Below are positions 45,615-59,529 of a DNA stretch of 64,000 nucleotides, in pieces. Positions within the stretch are counted from its first letter, which is position 1. The number at the start of each line of letters is the position of its first letter. The notes beneath the pieces are model-generated. The model did no database searches. It was not told where the DNA came from and saw nothing but the letters and a program-made list of their open reading frames with translations. A program made the position numbers and the translations under genes. This DNA comes from the human T2T-CHM13v2.0 reference genome, Homo sapiens. The DNA lies in NCBI RefSeq assembly GCF_009914755.1, contig NC_060927.1. One strand, 5' to 3'.

Positions 45615-48222
45615 TACATTAGTCCATTCTCACACTGCTATGAAGAAATACCTGACACTGGGTAATTTATAAACGAAAGAGGTTTAATTGACTCACAGTT
45701 CTGCATCGCTAAGGAGGCCTCAGGAAACTTACAATCATGGTGGAAGGTAAAGGAGAAGCAGGCACCTTCTTCACAGGGCAGCAGGATGGAGTGAGTGGCA
45801 GCAGGGGAAATGACAGACATGTATAAAATCATCAGATTTTGTGAGACTCACTCACTATCATGAGAACAGCATGGCAGGAACTGCCCCATGATCCAATTAC
45901 CTCCACCTGGTCCCACTCTTAACACATGGGGATTACGGGGATTACACTTCAAGGTGAGATTTGGGTGGGGACACAGAGCCAAACCACATCATGCTGCCCC
46001 TGGGCCCTCCCAAATCTCATGTCTTCACATTTCAAAACACAATCACACCCTTCCAATGGTCCCCCAAAGTCTTAATTCATTCCAGCATTAACCCAAAGTT
46101 CAAGTCCAAAGTCTCACCTGAGACAAGGCAAGTCCCTTCCAGGTACGAGCCTGTAAAATCAAAACCAAATTAGCTACTTCCTAGATACAATGTGGGTACA
46201 GGCATTGGGTAAATACACCCATTCTGAATGGGAGAAATTGGACCAAGACAAAGGGGCTACAGGCCCCATGCAAGTCCAAAATCCAGTCGGGCAGTCATTA
46301 AACCTTAAAATTCCAAAATGATCTCCTTTGGCTCCTGTCTCACATCCAGGTCATGCTGATGCAAAAGGTGAGCTCCCACAGCCTTGGGCAGCTCTGCCCA
46401 AGCTCCCTGTGGCTTTGCAGGGTACAGGCCCCCTCCTGACTGCTTTCATAGGCTAGTGTTGAGTGCCTGTGGCTTTTCCAGGCTCACAGTGCAAGTTGTC
46501 AGTGGATTTACCCTTCTGGGGTCTGGAGGATGTTGGCCTTCTTCTCGCAGATCCACCAGACAGTGCCCCAGAGGGGACTCTTTGTGAAGCCTCCAACCCC
46601 ACATTTCCCTTCCACACTGCTGTAGCAGAGGTTCTCCATGGGGGCTCTGCCCCTGCAGCAAACATCTGCCTGGACACCCAGGTGTTTCCATACATCCTCT
46701 GAAATGTAGGTGGAGGTTCCCAAACCTTAATTCTTGACTTCTGTGCACCCACAGACCCAATACCATGTGTAAGCCGCAAGGGTTTGGGGCTTGCACCTTC
46801 TGAAGCAACAGCCTGAGCTGTACATTGGCCTCTTTTAGCCACAGCTGGGACTGAAGCAGCTGGGAATCAGAGCACCATGTCCGGAGGCTGCACAGAGGAA
46901 GGGGGCCCTGAACCCAGACCAGGAAACCATTTTTCCTTCTTAGGCCTCTGGGCCTGTGATGGCAGGGGCTGCCATGAAGGACATTTTCCCCATGGACATG
47001 CCATGGAGACATTTTCCCATTGTCTTGGTGATTAACATTCAGCTCCTTGTTACTTATGGCAAATTGCTGTAGTAGGCTTGAATTTCTTCCCAGAAAATTG
47101 GTTTTTCTTTTCTATTGCATCATCAGCCTGCAAATTTTCCAAAATTTTACACTCTGCTTTCTCTTGAATGCTTTGCTGCTTAGACAGTTCTTCTGCCAGA
47201 TATCCTAAATCATTTTTCTCTCAAGTTCAAAGCTCCACAGATCTCTAGGGCAGGGGCAAAATGCCAACCAGTCTCTTTGCTAAAGCATACCAAGAGTCAC
47301 CTTTGCTCTAGTTCCCAAGAAGTTCCTCATCTCCAGCTAAGACCACCTCAGCCTGGACTTCATTGTCCATATTACTATCATCATTTTGGTGACAACCATT
47401 CAACAGGTCTCTAGAAAGTTCCAAACTTTCCCACATCTTGCTGTCTTCTTCTGAGCCCTCCAAACTGTTCCACCCTCTGCCTGTTACTCAGTTCCAAAAT
47501 TGCTTCCACATTTTCAGGTATCCTTATAGTAGCGCCCTACCATTTCGGTACCAATTTACTGTAGTAGTTTGTTCTCACACTGCTATGAAGAAATACCTGA
47601 GACTGGGTAACTTATAAAAGAAAGGGATTTAACTGACTTACAGTTCCACATTGCTGGGGAGGCCTCAGGAAACTTACAATCATGGCAGAAGGTAAAGGAT
47701 GCACTTTTTTTTTTTTTTTTGAGACAAAGTCTCACTCTGTTGCCCAGGCTGGAGTGCAGTGGCAGATCTCAGCTCACTGCAACCTCTGCCTCCTGGCTTG
47801 AAGCAATTCTCCTGTCCCAGCCTCCTAAGCATCTGGGACTACAGGCGCCTTCATGCCCAGCTAATATTTGTATTTTTAGTGGAGACGGGGTTTTGCCAAT
47901 TGGCCAGGCTGGTTTTGAACTCCTGACTTCAGATGATCCACCCGCCTTGGCCTCCTAAAGTGCTGGGATTACAGACATGAGCCACCGCACCCAGCTGCAG
48001 GCACCTTCTTCACAGGGCAGCACGATGGAGTGAGTGCCAGCAGGAGAAATGCCAGACACTTATAAAACCATCAGATCTCATGAGACTCACTCACTGTCAC
48101 AAGAACAGCATGAGGGAAACTGCCCCCATGATCCAATTACCTCTACGTGGTCCCACCCTTGACACATGAGGATTACACTTCAAGGTGAGATTTGGGTGGG
48201 GACACAGAGCCAAACCATATCA
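45615..48222 (-). mobile_element. Full-length THE1 (C/D-like) MaLR element: LTR 45615-45991, internal 45992-47559, LTR 47560-48222
   Basis: Two similar LTRs ending gatttgggtggggacacagagccaaacca(c/t)atca around about 1.57 kb of THE1-int sequence. ORFs at 46446-47012 are typical MaLR-int translations. Confidence 0.92.
47705..47995 (-). mobile_element. Alu (AluS) inserted in the THE1 5' LTR
   Basis: Alu consensus splitting the LTR at aaggtaaagga / gcaggcaccttctt. Confidence 0.95.
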
Positions 48223-50365
48223 GCTATTGAGGTGGGAAAGTGAGGACTGAGTGCTGAGAGTAATAGGAAATTCAGTTTGCTGAAGTAGAGAAGGCAATAA
48301 GGGAAAAGATCTGAGATGAAACCAGATGTGGCCAGTGGAGAAGGACTTGAAATCCTTAGTAAGCAATGTGTACTTTATCTGGTAGACACTTCAGACCATT
48401 AAGGGTTTCTGGCCATGGACATGACATCATCAGAGTTGTGCAATAGAATAGATAGAGACTTCGAGAAGAAAAAATAGAAGAAAGATCTCAGTCAGGGAGA
48501 CTACTTAAGAGGCTCTTGTAATCAGGCAGGTGGTGACAACCAAGGGCTTAGAGGAGAGGAAGTTCTGCACAAGAGACACTGCCAAGAGAGGGTCTAGGAC
48601 TTAGGAATTGCTTGTAGCAGGCCCAGGTGGGACTTTTCATTGCATATATGTGTTTGTAATTACAAAGGTAAAAGCCATCATTTACCCACAAAACTTCCTC
48701 GATATGATGCAAAACCATCACCCTGGGCTTGCAGCACAATATGAATGGTGCCTCCTAGGACTGTACAGTGTGAAATACGTACAACACATGTGAGACCTCT
48801 CTGCAGTGTAACCCCCTTTAACCACAATTTTAAACTCAGCAGAATGTCCACGGTAAGTATGTGTGCAGCCTTTATCACAGGTCAGTGACTTATCAGATTT
48901 TTCTTGGCATTGAAACACTTCGAAGTCAAGACAGCAAGGAAAAGAGCTGGGAGAGTCTGGATGACTCTTTGAGTGCTTTTCATCCAACCATGGACAATGC
49001 TCTGCAGCATCCTGCATTCTTTTCCCTGACAGATTAGCTAATTTAATTAGCAGAATCTGGCTAGATGTGAAAAATGTAAAGAACCTTGATTTGGAAGTCA
49101 GTAGGTCTAGATTATAGACTCAGCTCATTCATTTCCCCATTATGGGTTCTTGAACAAGTAGTACTCGTTCAGCCTTGGTCATCTGAAGGGTGGCACAGGC
49201 ATTATGCAGAAAACAAACCACGGTAGTAGAGCAAGAGCAACATTAGACAGAGTGGTCAGGGAAGGCTTCTTGGAAGAAGTGACAAGTGAGCTGAAATCTG
49301 AAGGAGAAGGAATCAGGAATGGCAACAGGGGGTTGGTGGCGGGCAGCATTCAAGGCAGAGAGGATGGCAAATGCAGTCTTCCTGAGGATAGAGCAAGCTC
49401 AGAGTGTTTGACAAAGCCATGTGGCTCACTCCTAAGGCTCTTTCATCAACTCCGGGAGAGTTGTGTTTTGTTGTTAATTTTATCTTTGTTTAATTTTGGA
49501 GAAACTCACTTTACTAATAAAGTTTAAAGGCCATTGTTAACAAGTCTAATGGAAACCAAAGGGCAGACAGAATGTTATAGGGCAGCAGTTTTCCAAATGT
49601 TTATGCATAGAGAAGTGAGCACAGTTCAAAGCCAAAAGAAAATCTATAGGAACCTGAAAAGCTGTGCCAAGCAAGTCTGAATAAAGATCAAGCAGGGATA
49701 TAGTTTTCTGTTTCTGGAGACTGAAGTCAGAAACCAGAGCTTTATCCAATCACATGAAATGGGCTCACAGGGCTCTGGTGTTATGATTTTCCTCCCTCAG
49801 CTGTGGGAGTTGGCCTTTTCTGTGATTGATGGTCAGGTTCAAGAGAACTTCCATGAAACACCAAAATCTCTTTCTGGAAGAAACTGTGCTCATTATGGCA
49901 ATTACATTGGACATTTGCCTCGCTGTCGTCTTGTTTTTCAATGCTACGGTTTTTCTCTTCTTTTTTCATTCAGGAAAAACAACGTAGGAGAGTGACACAG
50001 CAGGGATCTCGCTGATAAAGGACCTGCATCTGAATCCAGCTCCTCCATCCATGGGCCATGTGTCCTGGTTGCTGAGACATCTGGAGAGCCTTGTACCTCA
50101 TCAAAAGAAGAGAGACAGTAATCCTTGCCTTTCTTTCCTCCTAAGGTTGTTAACGAGGCTTAAATGAGAGAACAAGGATGAAAGTATTTTGTAAACTCTA
50201 ATGCCCTGTGTATAAAGCAGAGAATAATAGCATCTGTGGTGTTAGAAAATGCCTGGAACTTTGTAAAGATGTTGTTTGATTCAACATTACTGGAGTAAAC
50301 CACACCATTAGACAGAATGAAAGACTCCACCGCAGAGAGAGAGACTGATTTTTATAACAACTGAA

Positions 50366-50371
50366 TTTATT
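50366..50371 (-). terminator. Candidate distal poly(A) signal of ATP13A4
   Basis: AATAAA on minus strand, then tcagtctctctctctgcggtggagtctttcattctgtct downstream. Confidence 0.6.
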
Positions 50372-50955
50372 ATAGCATAAACTAAATACAAAGCTCTGAA
50401 TAAATAATCGTTTTTTTCAGTCATCACATCTGCAGGTGTGTATGTGAACATTTCCATAAGCACATAAGGATACAGATGTCACAGACATATTTAGTGAGGG
50501 AAGCCCAGAGTCACGGTTCTCTGTGGGTAAGAGCTAGATGCCTTGAGATGAACATACAGGGCACCGTCTCAAATGATTTGGACTATGTGACTGTGTTCGT
50601 TTCTCCTTCAGACTCTGCTCAAGAAAGTGTATTGATAACAGGTTGCTCCGCCCTCAAGTTTAGGGCACTCTCCCACGCTCTTTCATGCAAAGTTTTTTAA
50701 CACCTCTCTTTAAGAAAATTCACAAATCAGAAGTATTACCCCAGCTTCAATCTGACAATCAGGACCCCTACTCTGCCCCTCTTTCCTAGGATCTTATCTC
50801 CATTAGGGGTCCCCTTTCAAGGTACAGGGCAATTGAGTCTATATGTCCACACAATCGGATCTGACAAGGCTGGGAGCCCTCCCTCCAGAGCCCATCCTCC
50901 CATGAGTGTCTGTCTGGTATTCTGTGTGGGTAGTAGTAGAAAATAGTTCACATCT

Positions 50956-51322
<367 letters not shown>

Positions 51323-53016
51323 TCATCTGATACTTGACTTCCTTCTCTACTTGGCCCTTGAATAGCCACTTGTTCCTCCAATGTCCTAGAGTACATTCCA
51401 CTGCTATCAGTGCTGGCTGTTAGGACAGTGGTTAGGGCAGATGGCCTGAAGCCATCCCCACTGTGATCTTTACCCATTTGTCCTGATTTTGCCTTCTCAT
51501 GCCACCTGGCACAAGTAGGATCCTTCTTTCTCAGGAAAACCCTTCACAGTCCCCTGACTGTTTTCTTTCCAGGCTGGGCACTCCCTGTTCCTTCAATTAC
51601 TGCTTCTAAGATGTAGTTAATCCCAGGAATACAGTCTTCAAAATGAGTCTCTTTTCCCAAAGATTTTATGGCTGCTTGACTAGTGGAGGACTAGATTCTT
51701 TTCTTCCTGTTCCCTGCCAGCCTTTGCTAGTGATAGAATCACTTAGGATCAAGGCAAGAGCAACTCAAAGTCTCAGAAAGACAGACAATCATTTTTTTGT
51801 TTTGTTTTGTTTTGTTTTTAATACACCTCTAGCCCAGGCCTGGCAGGATGCCTGGCATTCATTTGAACAGAGGGCCTGGTATTAGCAAAGGGTTGCCCAT
51901 TCTTTGCTTGACTGTGAGATCACACTAAGCAACCTGCCCTGCTGGAACTCTGGAATTTGGAAGTATTTGGCAGCAATATAAGGTTTGCTCAGAAGATCTG
52001 TATTTGAGGCCTAGATCTGCTCTTGCCATTACTGAATCTCAGCTTTCTCATCTGTATGGTGGAGATGATAAGCCCTTCCTTGTTCAGTCATGGGACAATT
52101 GTACCATTCAGGTGAGTTAGTGGAGGTGAATGCACTTAGCAAAGGGCACATTTAAGTATGAACTGTGCAGGCTGATCTTGCTCATGACTAGGTCACAGAC
52201 CATCTCTAGCTTGCCCCTGCCTACAACCCTCTACTTTTGGAAAATGAGAAACACTTTTAGAGAAGGACATTCAGAACTGCCATATCATTGCTGAGGCTGG
52301 CTTTGCAAAAGGAAACATTTCTTTCTGTACCAAAAAAGACAGTGATTCTGCAGTCTTGAAACACTAAAATATCTTCACGCCCTATTTTAAAACCAGAAGT
52401 AACAGGGTACCCTCATGGCTGGGAGACACCATGTTCCTAGAATCAGCTGCAATCATAGAGCCATCAGCCATGCTCAAGAGCTCAGTTAGGGGGAAGGAAT
52501 GCTTGCAAATGCTATTGATAAGTTCCAAAGCCAGCCTGGGCCAGGACACTTATCCCCTGATCAGAACATTCACCTAGGATTTGATGCTCATAATACAAAT
52601 TTTGCTTTTGCCTTAAAATATTATATGTAGGTGTGCTCCTAGAGTTCAGTGTTGTCTCCTGAGGTAACAGAAACCTGAGTCTTCCTTGTGCTGAACAAAT
52701 CAAATATAACCAAATTGTAATAGTGACAAAATAAGGACAATTTTAGTTTTCTGGAAACTCAAGCCACAAACTTTAAAAAAAAAATGTACTAGTTGTGTAA
52801 GAACTCCCATCAATAGTGCCATATAATGCTGTAGCATGAGACTAATGTTTCTCAAAAATAATAAAGCAGAGGAGTGAAAATTTCTGGAGTTGGCCAGGTG
52901 ACATGAGAGATTCCTAAAACATAGGATAAGTTACTGGGGTTAGGAAAAGTGGGCTGTAGTGGACAGCACTCGTGCTTTCTGATCTGTTATTTTCCTCTCC
53001 TTCCCAGGACTACGTT

Positions 53017-53188
53017 CCAGACCAACTCTATCATTTGTGGGGCCTGGTACAAAATGAAAATATGGGGACCCCTGTTCAAAAATTAAGAATTTTAAGATGG
53101 AAACAGCAGAGTGTTAAAGCCAAGTGTGGGGACCTTCTAAGCATGGGGCCCTGTGTAGTGACAGCTCATAAGCCCATGAAGCATCCCT
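53017..53188 (-). mobile_element. MER91A-like hAT-Tip100 element
   Basis: tttgtggggcctggtacaaaatgaaaat..tgttcaaaaattaagaatt..cagcagag..ggggccctgtg..cccatgaagc. Confidence 0.75.
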
Positions 53189-53329
53189 AAACACAGGAGA
53201 CTGCACTTTCCAGCTCCCTGGCCAAATCCTTGACTAATGAGATATGAGTAGGGAAAGCAATGTGTGCCACTTTTGGGGTGAGGCAGTGAAGAGCCCACAC
53301 GTGATCTCCAGTCTATTCCTTCCCCCATC

Positions 53330-53510
53330 ACAGTCAACACACAGTCCTTGCATCGAGCTGATGGAGCCATCAGGTTGAAGCAGTCACTGCTGTAAGAATG
53401 GCAGTTCCAGAGTGTCACCTGGATCACGAAAGAAGCACTTGTGTGTTAAGGCACTGATATCTGAGAGTTGTTTTTTATTGCAGCATAGGCTAAGCTTATC
53501 CTTAACAATA
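53330..53510 (+). mobile_element. MLT1 (I/J-like) LTR 3' remnant
   Basis: tgtgttaaggcactgatatctgagagttgttttttattgcagcataggctaagcttatcct..aata, typical MLT1 terminus. Confidence 0.6.
53474..53479 (-). terminator. Candidate proximal poly(A) signal of ATP13A4, inside an antisense MLT1 LTR remnant
   Basis: First minus-strand AATAAA I found after the stop codon, about 550 nt downstream. Confidence 0.5.
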
Positions 53511-54032
53511 TGTTGGGTAAGGCCAGAAACAGAAGAAAAAGCCTCAAATCTGAAAAGTACTACAGAGAAAAGGAACCCAGACAGTAAAGATTGGTGTAAT
53601 GTTTCCCACGCATTAGTTTTTCCATCGATGAAGTAAAAATTCAAAAATTACAACTCCGTGAGTATACACAGTACTACTTCCCCTCAACTCATTTTTATAA
53701 AAAGGAAAGTATTGTCCTGTCCTAAGAGGAAAGATCACATATTTTTCCCCTTTAGCCTGCTTGTCTCTTGGCCCATAGAAATTCTTGGCCCATTCTTGCC
53801 TTCACTGAATGCCTCTAATACCTTCAGAAGCCAAGAGGAAAGCACTCTTCTGGGTCAATGTTCTTCTCTGTAGACAGTATTTTATCAAACAGACTTTAGT
53901 TTGTCACCATGATTTGATAGGTAGCCCCAAAACTCCAGCTGATGTTACAAGAGTCTCATTTCTTAAAATCAATGAAACTGGTCCCTTTTGTCATTGTTTC
54001 TCTGTAATATCAACTTGGATATCACATGTCCT

Positions 54033-54245
54033 TCAGAGTTGTTCTTCATTGCTCTCAAATACTGGATTGCTGTAAGACACTCCTCTGCCACACTCCGGCA
54101 TGTCAGAGTGGGAGGTTTGGTTTAGCGGGGGCCAACTAGGGTCATTTGCCAAGTCCCTCTGCCATATCCGATACTGGCTTTTTGACTGATAGCCGAAACA
54201 TCTTTTAATCATCATCCACAGGGCTCGATTTTCAATAACAGCCTC
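54033..54245 (-). CDS. ATP13A4: ATP13A4 terminal coding exon (EAVIENRALW...SNPVFESNEEQL*), cytosolic C-terminal tail
   Basis: Acceptor attttgcag, TGA at 54035-54033. P5B KSQY..W and WPP motifs. Contained in ORF 54033..54278. Confidence 0.96.
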   Translation of the reverse strand, partial: EAVIENRALWMMIKRCFGYQSKSQYRIWQRDLANDPSWPPLNQTSHSDMPECGRGVSYSNPVFESNEEQL

Positions 54246-55815
54246 CTGCAAAATAAAATAATTACTTTTTACAAGCAAGGGTTGAGTGTTTTGAGGCTAC
54301 AGCCCTCCACAGGCCATCATAAGTCACTACTGCAATGGTTGCTTAGATCCAGCTTGACAAAGAGCTTGACCACTGGACCAATCTAAGGTGGTTTCATTGG
54401 ACAGGTATTGGTTTCTCAAACGTTTCTACTTAAGTAACTCCTGTGGGAGAAGTAAGAGGTACAACATTTCAAGACTCTGGGAACATAACTTGAAATGGCT
54501 TGCCTCAAAAATGAAGTTTCTTTTGAATCTCACATCTAAATTGAATTTAAAATCATTCAAATTCTATGTTTCACTCTATAGCACATCTATATTTTATTTA
54601 ATATAAAATGACATTAAAATTACTACTAAATACTAAACACAATTGACCCTATATAAAGATGTGGCCCAAGTATGACATGTTTTTGATATATCCTGACATA
54701 TCACTGCATATTTAATTTCACACGGGCCAGTCTTGGAGTTGAACAGATCTGGATTTAGGTCCCAGTTCTGACACCTATTATGGGCAAATTAGTTACTCTA
54801 TCCATGTCTCCGTGATTAGAATAATCCCTTCCTTATGTTTGTTGTAAGGCTTATATAACTCCCTTTACAATGCAGGGCAGGGCAGGGCATAGCTCTCTCC
54901 CTTTGCCTACCCTTCGGAACTACTCATTTAACAAATGGCTATGCACTGTGGTCCTGTTCACACATGCCTCTAACCTTCACCTTCACTGAAATACAGTATT
55001 AAGATTACAAAAGACATGTCTCTTTGAAAACATTTTGCAATGCCATTTTATTTCATGAGTTAGAGTGAGCCTTGAATAGAGCCCAAGTTATAACTTATAA
55101 TTCATGAGAGGTTATCATATTAATTTTCCACTTTTATCATGTTTGCTCACAAAGATTGACCATCTTAGAGGTTATTGTGAAAGAAACAAAGAAAAAATAT
55201 GGGACGTGAAACTGTCCCACAGAATTAGAACTGATTTTCATGTCTATCTTTGCTAATTTGAAAGAGTTAATTCTGTGAGATTCTATAAGGAACTTTGCCA
55301 GATATAGTAGTTTTCCTAAAATCTACCCATTTTTGCCATTTAGGTTCCACTGCCCATGAAAGGATAGAGAACAGCCAGTCTGCATTATTCCTGTGATAAC
55401 TGACCATCTGCTGGCTGCGGGGCTGTTAAAGATCCATATAACCGTCTCAGCCTCTTGGAAACTTAGCCAGATGAGTTATTCTACTTTCCTGCAGCAAGGT
55501 TTTTTTGTCCTCCTTAATTGACGTGAAAACAGTAGTTCTTCTTAGAGCTGGGATAAGGCAGGAGCATCGAGTAAAGGTTTTAAAATCTTACTTACTTCAA
55601 GGAAACCTTAGCAAACCTTAAAACAAAATAGATGAAACCACACACACACACACACAGAGAGAGAAACTTTGGTGCTCTCCATCTCTACATCTTGCCTTCA
55701 GTGTTTTTTAGTTCTGGACTCTGATGACCTGTATCACCTTGCTGCTCTGGAAGAGGAAACTACAGAGAGGTGATCTGTCCTGTTACCGCACATTATAAAT
55801 ACAAGGCAGAACTAG

Positions 55816-56201
55816 TGACATGATCTGAATTTGTATTTCCATCCAAATCTCGTGCTGAAATATAATCCCCAATGTTGCAGGAAGGGCTGGATGGGAGGTG
55901 ACTGGGTCGTAGGGATGGATTTCCTTCTTGCTGTTTTCGTGATAGTGAGTGAGTTCTCATGAGATCTGATTGTTTAAAAGTGTGTAGCACCTTCCCCTTC
56001 TCTCTCTTCCTCCTGCTCGGGCCATGTAAGACCTGCCTGCTTCCCCTTTGCTTTCCGCCATGATTGAAAGTTTCTTGGGGCCTCTCCAGCCATGCTTCTG
56101 GTACAGCCTGCAAAACCATGAGCCAATTAAACCTCTTTCCTTCATAAATTACCCCGTTTCAGGTATTTGTTCACAGCAGTGGGAGAATGGACTAAAATAC
56201 A
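55816..56201 (+). mobile_element. MSTA-like solo LTR
   Basis: TG...CA termini with 5-bp TSD ACTAG (55811-55815, 56202-56206). Confidence 0.9.
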
Positions 56202-56689
56202 ACTAGAAAAAAACGAAAGCCTTAGTGAGACATTTCTTTAAAAAAATTTCGCCACATGAGCGCTTCTGACTGGCTACTCAAATAACTCATACATACAAGC
56301 ATACCTATATAAACACATCAATAATTGTTTTAAAGGTGGGGGCAATTAAAGCTATCCACACTACCTCTCATGCCTCTCAGCTGGAGGTTCGATCATGAGC
56401 ACTGGCATAGTAAGGATAAGGTCCTGCTCAAACCTGTTTGTTTTCAGGGCTGATCAGAGATTAGATAAGTGGAATAATTTGCCCAAAGTCAGAGAGCAAG
56501 AAAGTGGTGGAGCCAGGATTCGAACCCACCCACGTAGATTACCCCGAGCTTGTGCTCTTAACTGCAAATATGCTGAAAAAGGAAGAACTTCCTGCTAGAG
56601 GATTAAGGAAGACTTTGATACTTCATTACCATACAGCCCATTCCCTCCCAACTCTTCCCTTCCCACCTAAAAGGGAAAAATAATGATAA

Positions 56690-57145
56690 TAAGTGGTCTA
56701 AGCCAAATTGTCTAACTTTTGACATGGATCCACTTTCCCAGAATCTTTTTCTACTCATGATGACCATGAGACACAAGTGTAATCGATAAAGCATAAAAGG
56801 AAGTCTGCTGGTGAGCTTCAGGAAAAGTTTGTTTCTCAAGAAAAGGTTCAGACTTGCTGGAAATAGGCTTGCTGTGGCCTCTCCTTCCATTTTCTTCCTG
56901 CACTGAAAACAGATGTAAAGTCCGGCTCTGTGGAAGCTATCTGGACACCATAATCACGTGCACAAACATGAAAGACCACATCGAAGGAGAGTAGAAGAGA
57001 AAGGTGAAAGAGTGTGGATTCCCAGTGACACTACTGAGTTACTAAGCCAGTCCTGAAGCCACCTACCTTCAGTCTTCTTCTTGAGTCAATAAACATCTTT
57101 ATTATTTAAGCCACTGTTAGTTAAGTCGTTACTTGCCTACCTGAT
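56690..57145 (+). mobile_element. Old MLT1 LTR remnant
   Basis: gtggtctaagcca start; tttaagccactgttagtt..gttacttgc end. Confidence 0.55.
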
Positions 57146-57401
57146 CCAGAGATCAGGAAAGATACATGAAGAGGATACTACTACAGCTGTGCTGTAGAGG
57201 ATGGAATAGCACTTTAATATGCGGAAATGGAGGAAACATACACCACACAGAGAGAATCCTGTGATCACGAACAGGGATAAGATGTATACACTAGATCCCC
57301 CTCTAAAGGGCAAAGACCATCATTCTGCCACTGGGTCTGAGGACACCCGTGATAATGCTCTTTTATTAATCTGGTTGCTTTAGAGACCATATGGTTTAGC
57401 A

Positions 57402-57588
57402 TATTGCTTCTCAAAGTGTGATCCCTGAACTAGTCTCATCAGAATCCCCTGACAACCTGTTAGAAATGCTAACTTTTGCACTTCTTCCAGGCCTACTGAA
57501 TCAGACACACTGCGGGTAGGGCTGGGCAACGTGTGTTTTAATAAGCCTCCCAGGTGATTCTGATGCCCACTCAAGTTTGAGAAGCTCT
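57402..57588. mobile_element. MER5A DNA transposon
   Basis: ttctcaaagtgtgatccc..tgttagaaatgc..cctactgaatcaga..ccaggtgattctgatgcccactcaagtttgagaa. Confidence 0.88.
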
Positions 57589-58099
57589 TGTTTAGCATAT
57601 AGAGAGAAGTTCCAGTACTGAAATTCTGTGTCCTGTTCTGCCACCAGCTCCTGTGCAGCCTTCACTCTGCATAGGAGTAAGCAGGGAGAGCTCATTGAGG
57701 TCCTGCCTACACAATACTGCAGGGAAGTCAGGCTGTAGGTTCTCACAGCTCACCATGAACACTCCATTTGCAGGAATAATTCTAGTTCTGTATCCCAGAG
57801 CAGAAATAGAGACAGATGGAATTCTGCATCTCACCTCTCCTTTGTTCATAAATGCCTTTTCAGGGCACCCCTGCCTACCAACAGGCTTTGAAGAATGGAT
57901 ATTGTGTCTGGTAGTACTGAGCAGGGAGAGCGTGAATCACGTGGAGAAAGAAAGCAGGAGCACAAGCTCATTTCACTGAGGAAATGGAGCACAGGGGAGC
58001 TGAAGAATAAAAGCTAGAAAATGGAGCAAATGGAAGCTGGAGAATGAAAGCCGGAAAAGCTCACTATGAATGTTATTTCCCATCCGCAAGGCAAAAATG

Positions 58100-58415
58100 A
58101 TATGAGTTAAGTGAAAGAAGCCACACACAAAAGGCCACATATTGTATGGTTTCACTTATATGAAATGTCCAGAAAAGTCAAATCCACACAGTCAGAAAGT
58201 AGAATAGTGATTACCAAGGCCCAGGAGAAGGCAGAAGGGGCAATGAAGAGCAACGGCTAGTAGGTACAGGATTTCTTTAGCGATGATGAAAATGTCCTGC
58301 AATTAAGTAGCGTTAATGGCTGTACAACTCAGTGAGTGCACTAAACACTACTGAATTGTGGACTTTAAAAGGGTGAATGTTATGGTGCGTGAATCATATC
58401 TCAATTTTAAAAAGT
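58100..58415 (+). mobile_element. L1MB-type 3' end
   Basis: aagtgaaagaagcca..caaaaggccacatattgtatg..ctttaaaagggtgaat..atatctcaat. Confidence 0.85.
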
Positions 58416-58693
58416 AAATTGTGTTGGGTCTTTATTTGGAAATTGTAGAAATGAACAGGACCTTAGAGACCATAATTCCATTCTCCCCCGCCCTACTTGA
58501 CAGATGAGAAAACTAACGTCCTGCTTGGGACTCATCAGAGGAAGGCACCATTGCTTATACTGTGAAGGAAGGGAGCCCCTGCACTGCTGAGTCCATGTCA
58601 GCTAAAGTTGTTGTTTTCAGAGTCCCAAAGAAGTCCCCCTACACACATGCGTGCACACACACAAGATCAGCAGCCCAAGATCAGCACACTTAC

Positions 58694-58774
58694 CTCGGCC
58701 ACAAGGGACACAATGAAATTCAAGCTGAGCATGATGACAATGGAGGCCCTCCACAGGACGGGAGTGCAGAGCAG
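58694..58774 (-). CDS. ATP13A4: ATP13A4 penultimate exon (LLCTPVLWRASIVIMLSLNFIVSLVAE), last TM helix
   Basis: Acceptor ctcccgccag, donor GTAAGT, 81 nt, phase 0/0. Confidence 0.95.
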
Positions 58775-59529
58775 CTGGCGGGAGATGATGAAGCACAGTT
58801 AGTCTGAAGACACGCAGATGCTGGAAACATGCTCACATGTTCACAGCATATATTTTCCTAGGTTATAAATCTCATATGTAATATATATGTGTGTATATTA
58901 CATATATCTTATATATATAAAAAATTTCTATGCTTGTATGCACAGAAAAAGTACGGAAAGGTTATACTTATGATCCTAATGATTTGGGGGGGTTATGAGT
59001 GTTGCTTTTCTTCTTTTATCTTTTTTTCTTCTTGTGATGTGTGTGTGTTTCTCTATGATTTCTAAATTTCCTAAAATAACTTTGGTCACTTTGCAATTAG
59101 AAAAGAAGAGGAAAATCACTCTTTGTTTGCTTGCTTTGTTTTGTTTTCAAAAGGGAGGCAGGAATGTGGCTTTATCCCCAGGAGGCCTGACGGTACCCAT
59201 GTCAAACCTTCACAACTGGGCAGCATTGCCCTCTTCTCCCTGGTGTCCCGTCTCTCCCCAGCCAAGCCCTGCCTTTAGCACTGGCTCAGGGCTTCACCCT
59301 CAGGACTGTGCATCCAGCTGCACAGTGTGCCCTCACAAGGGCCCTTGCCAAAGGAGCAAATGGAGCTGAAATCAAGCTTGTCATGACCTGTCCCTTTGCC
59401 CATTTTCTCTGTGTCTTCCCCAACCCCTTCCAGGCACATGCCTGATATATATGTATGGTGAATGAGTGAATCAATGGGTGAATTAATGAATGAAAAAGTG
59501 CCAAGGGCATCCCATTGTATCTGGCACTG

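Noticed and set aside
46446-47012. 188-aa ORF, the longest in the track
   Set aside because: Lies in the THE1 internal region; a degenerate MaLR ORF remnant.
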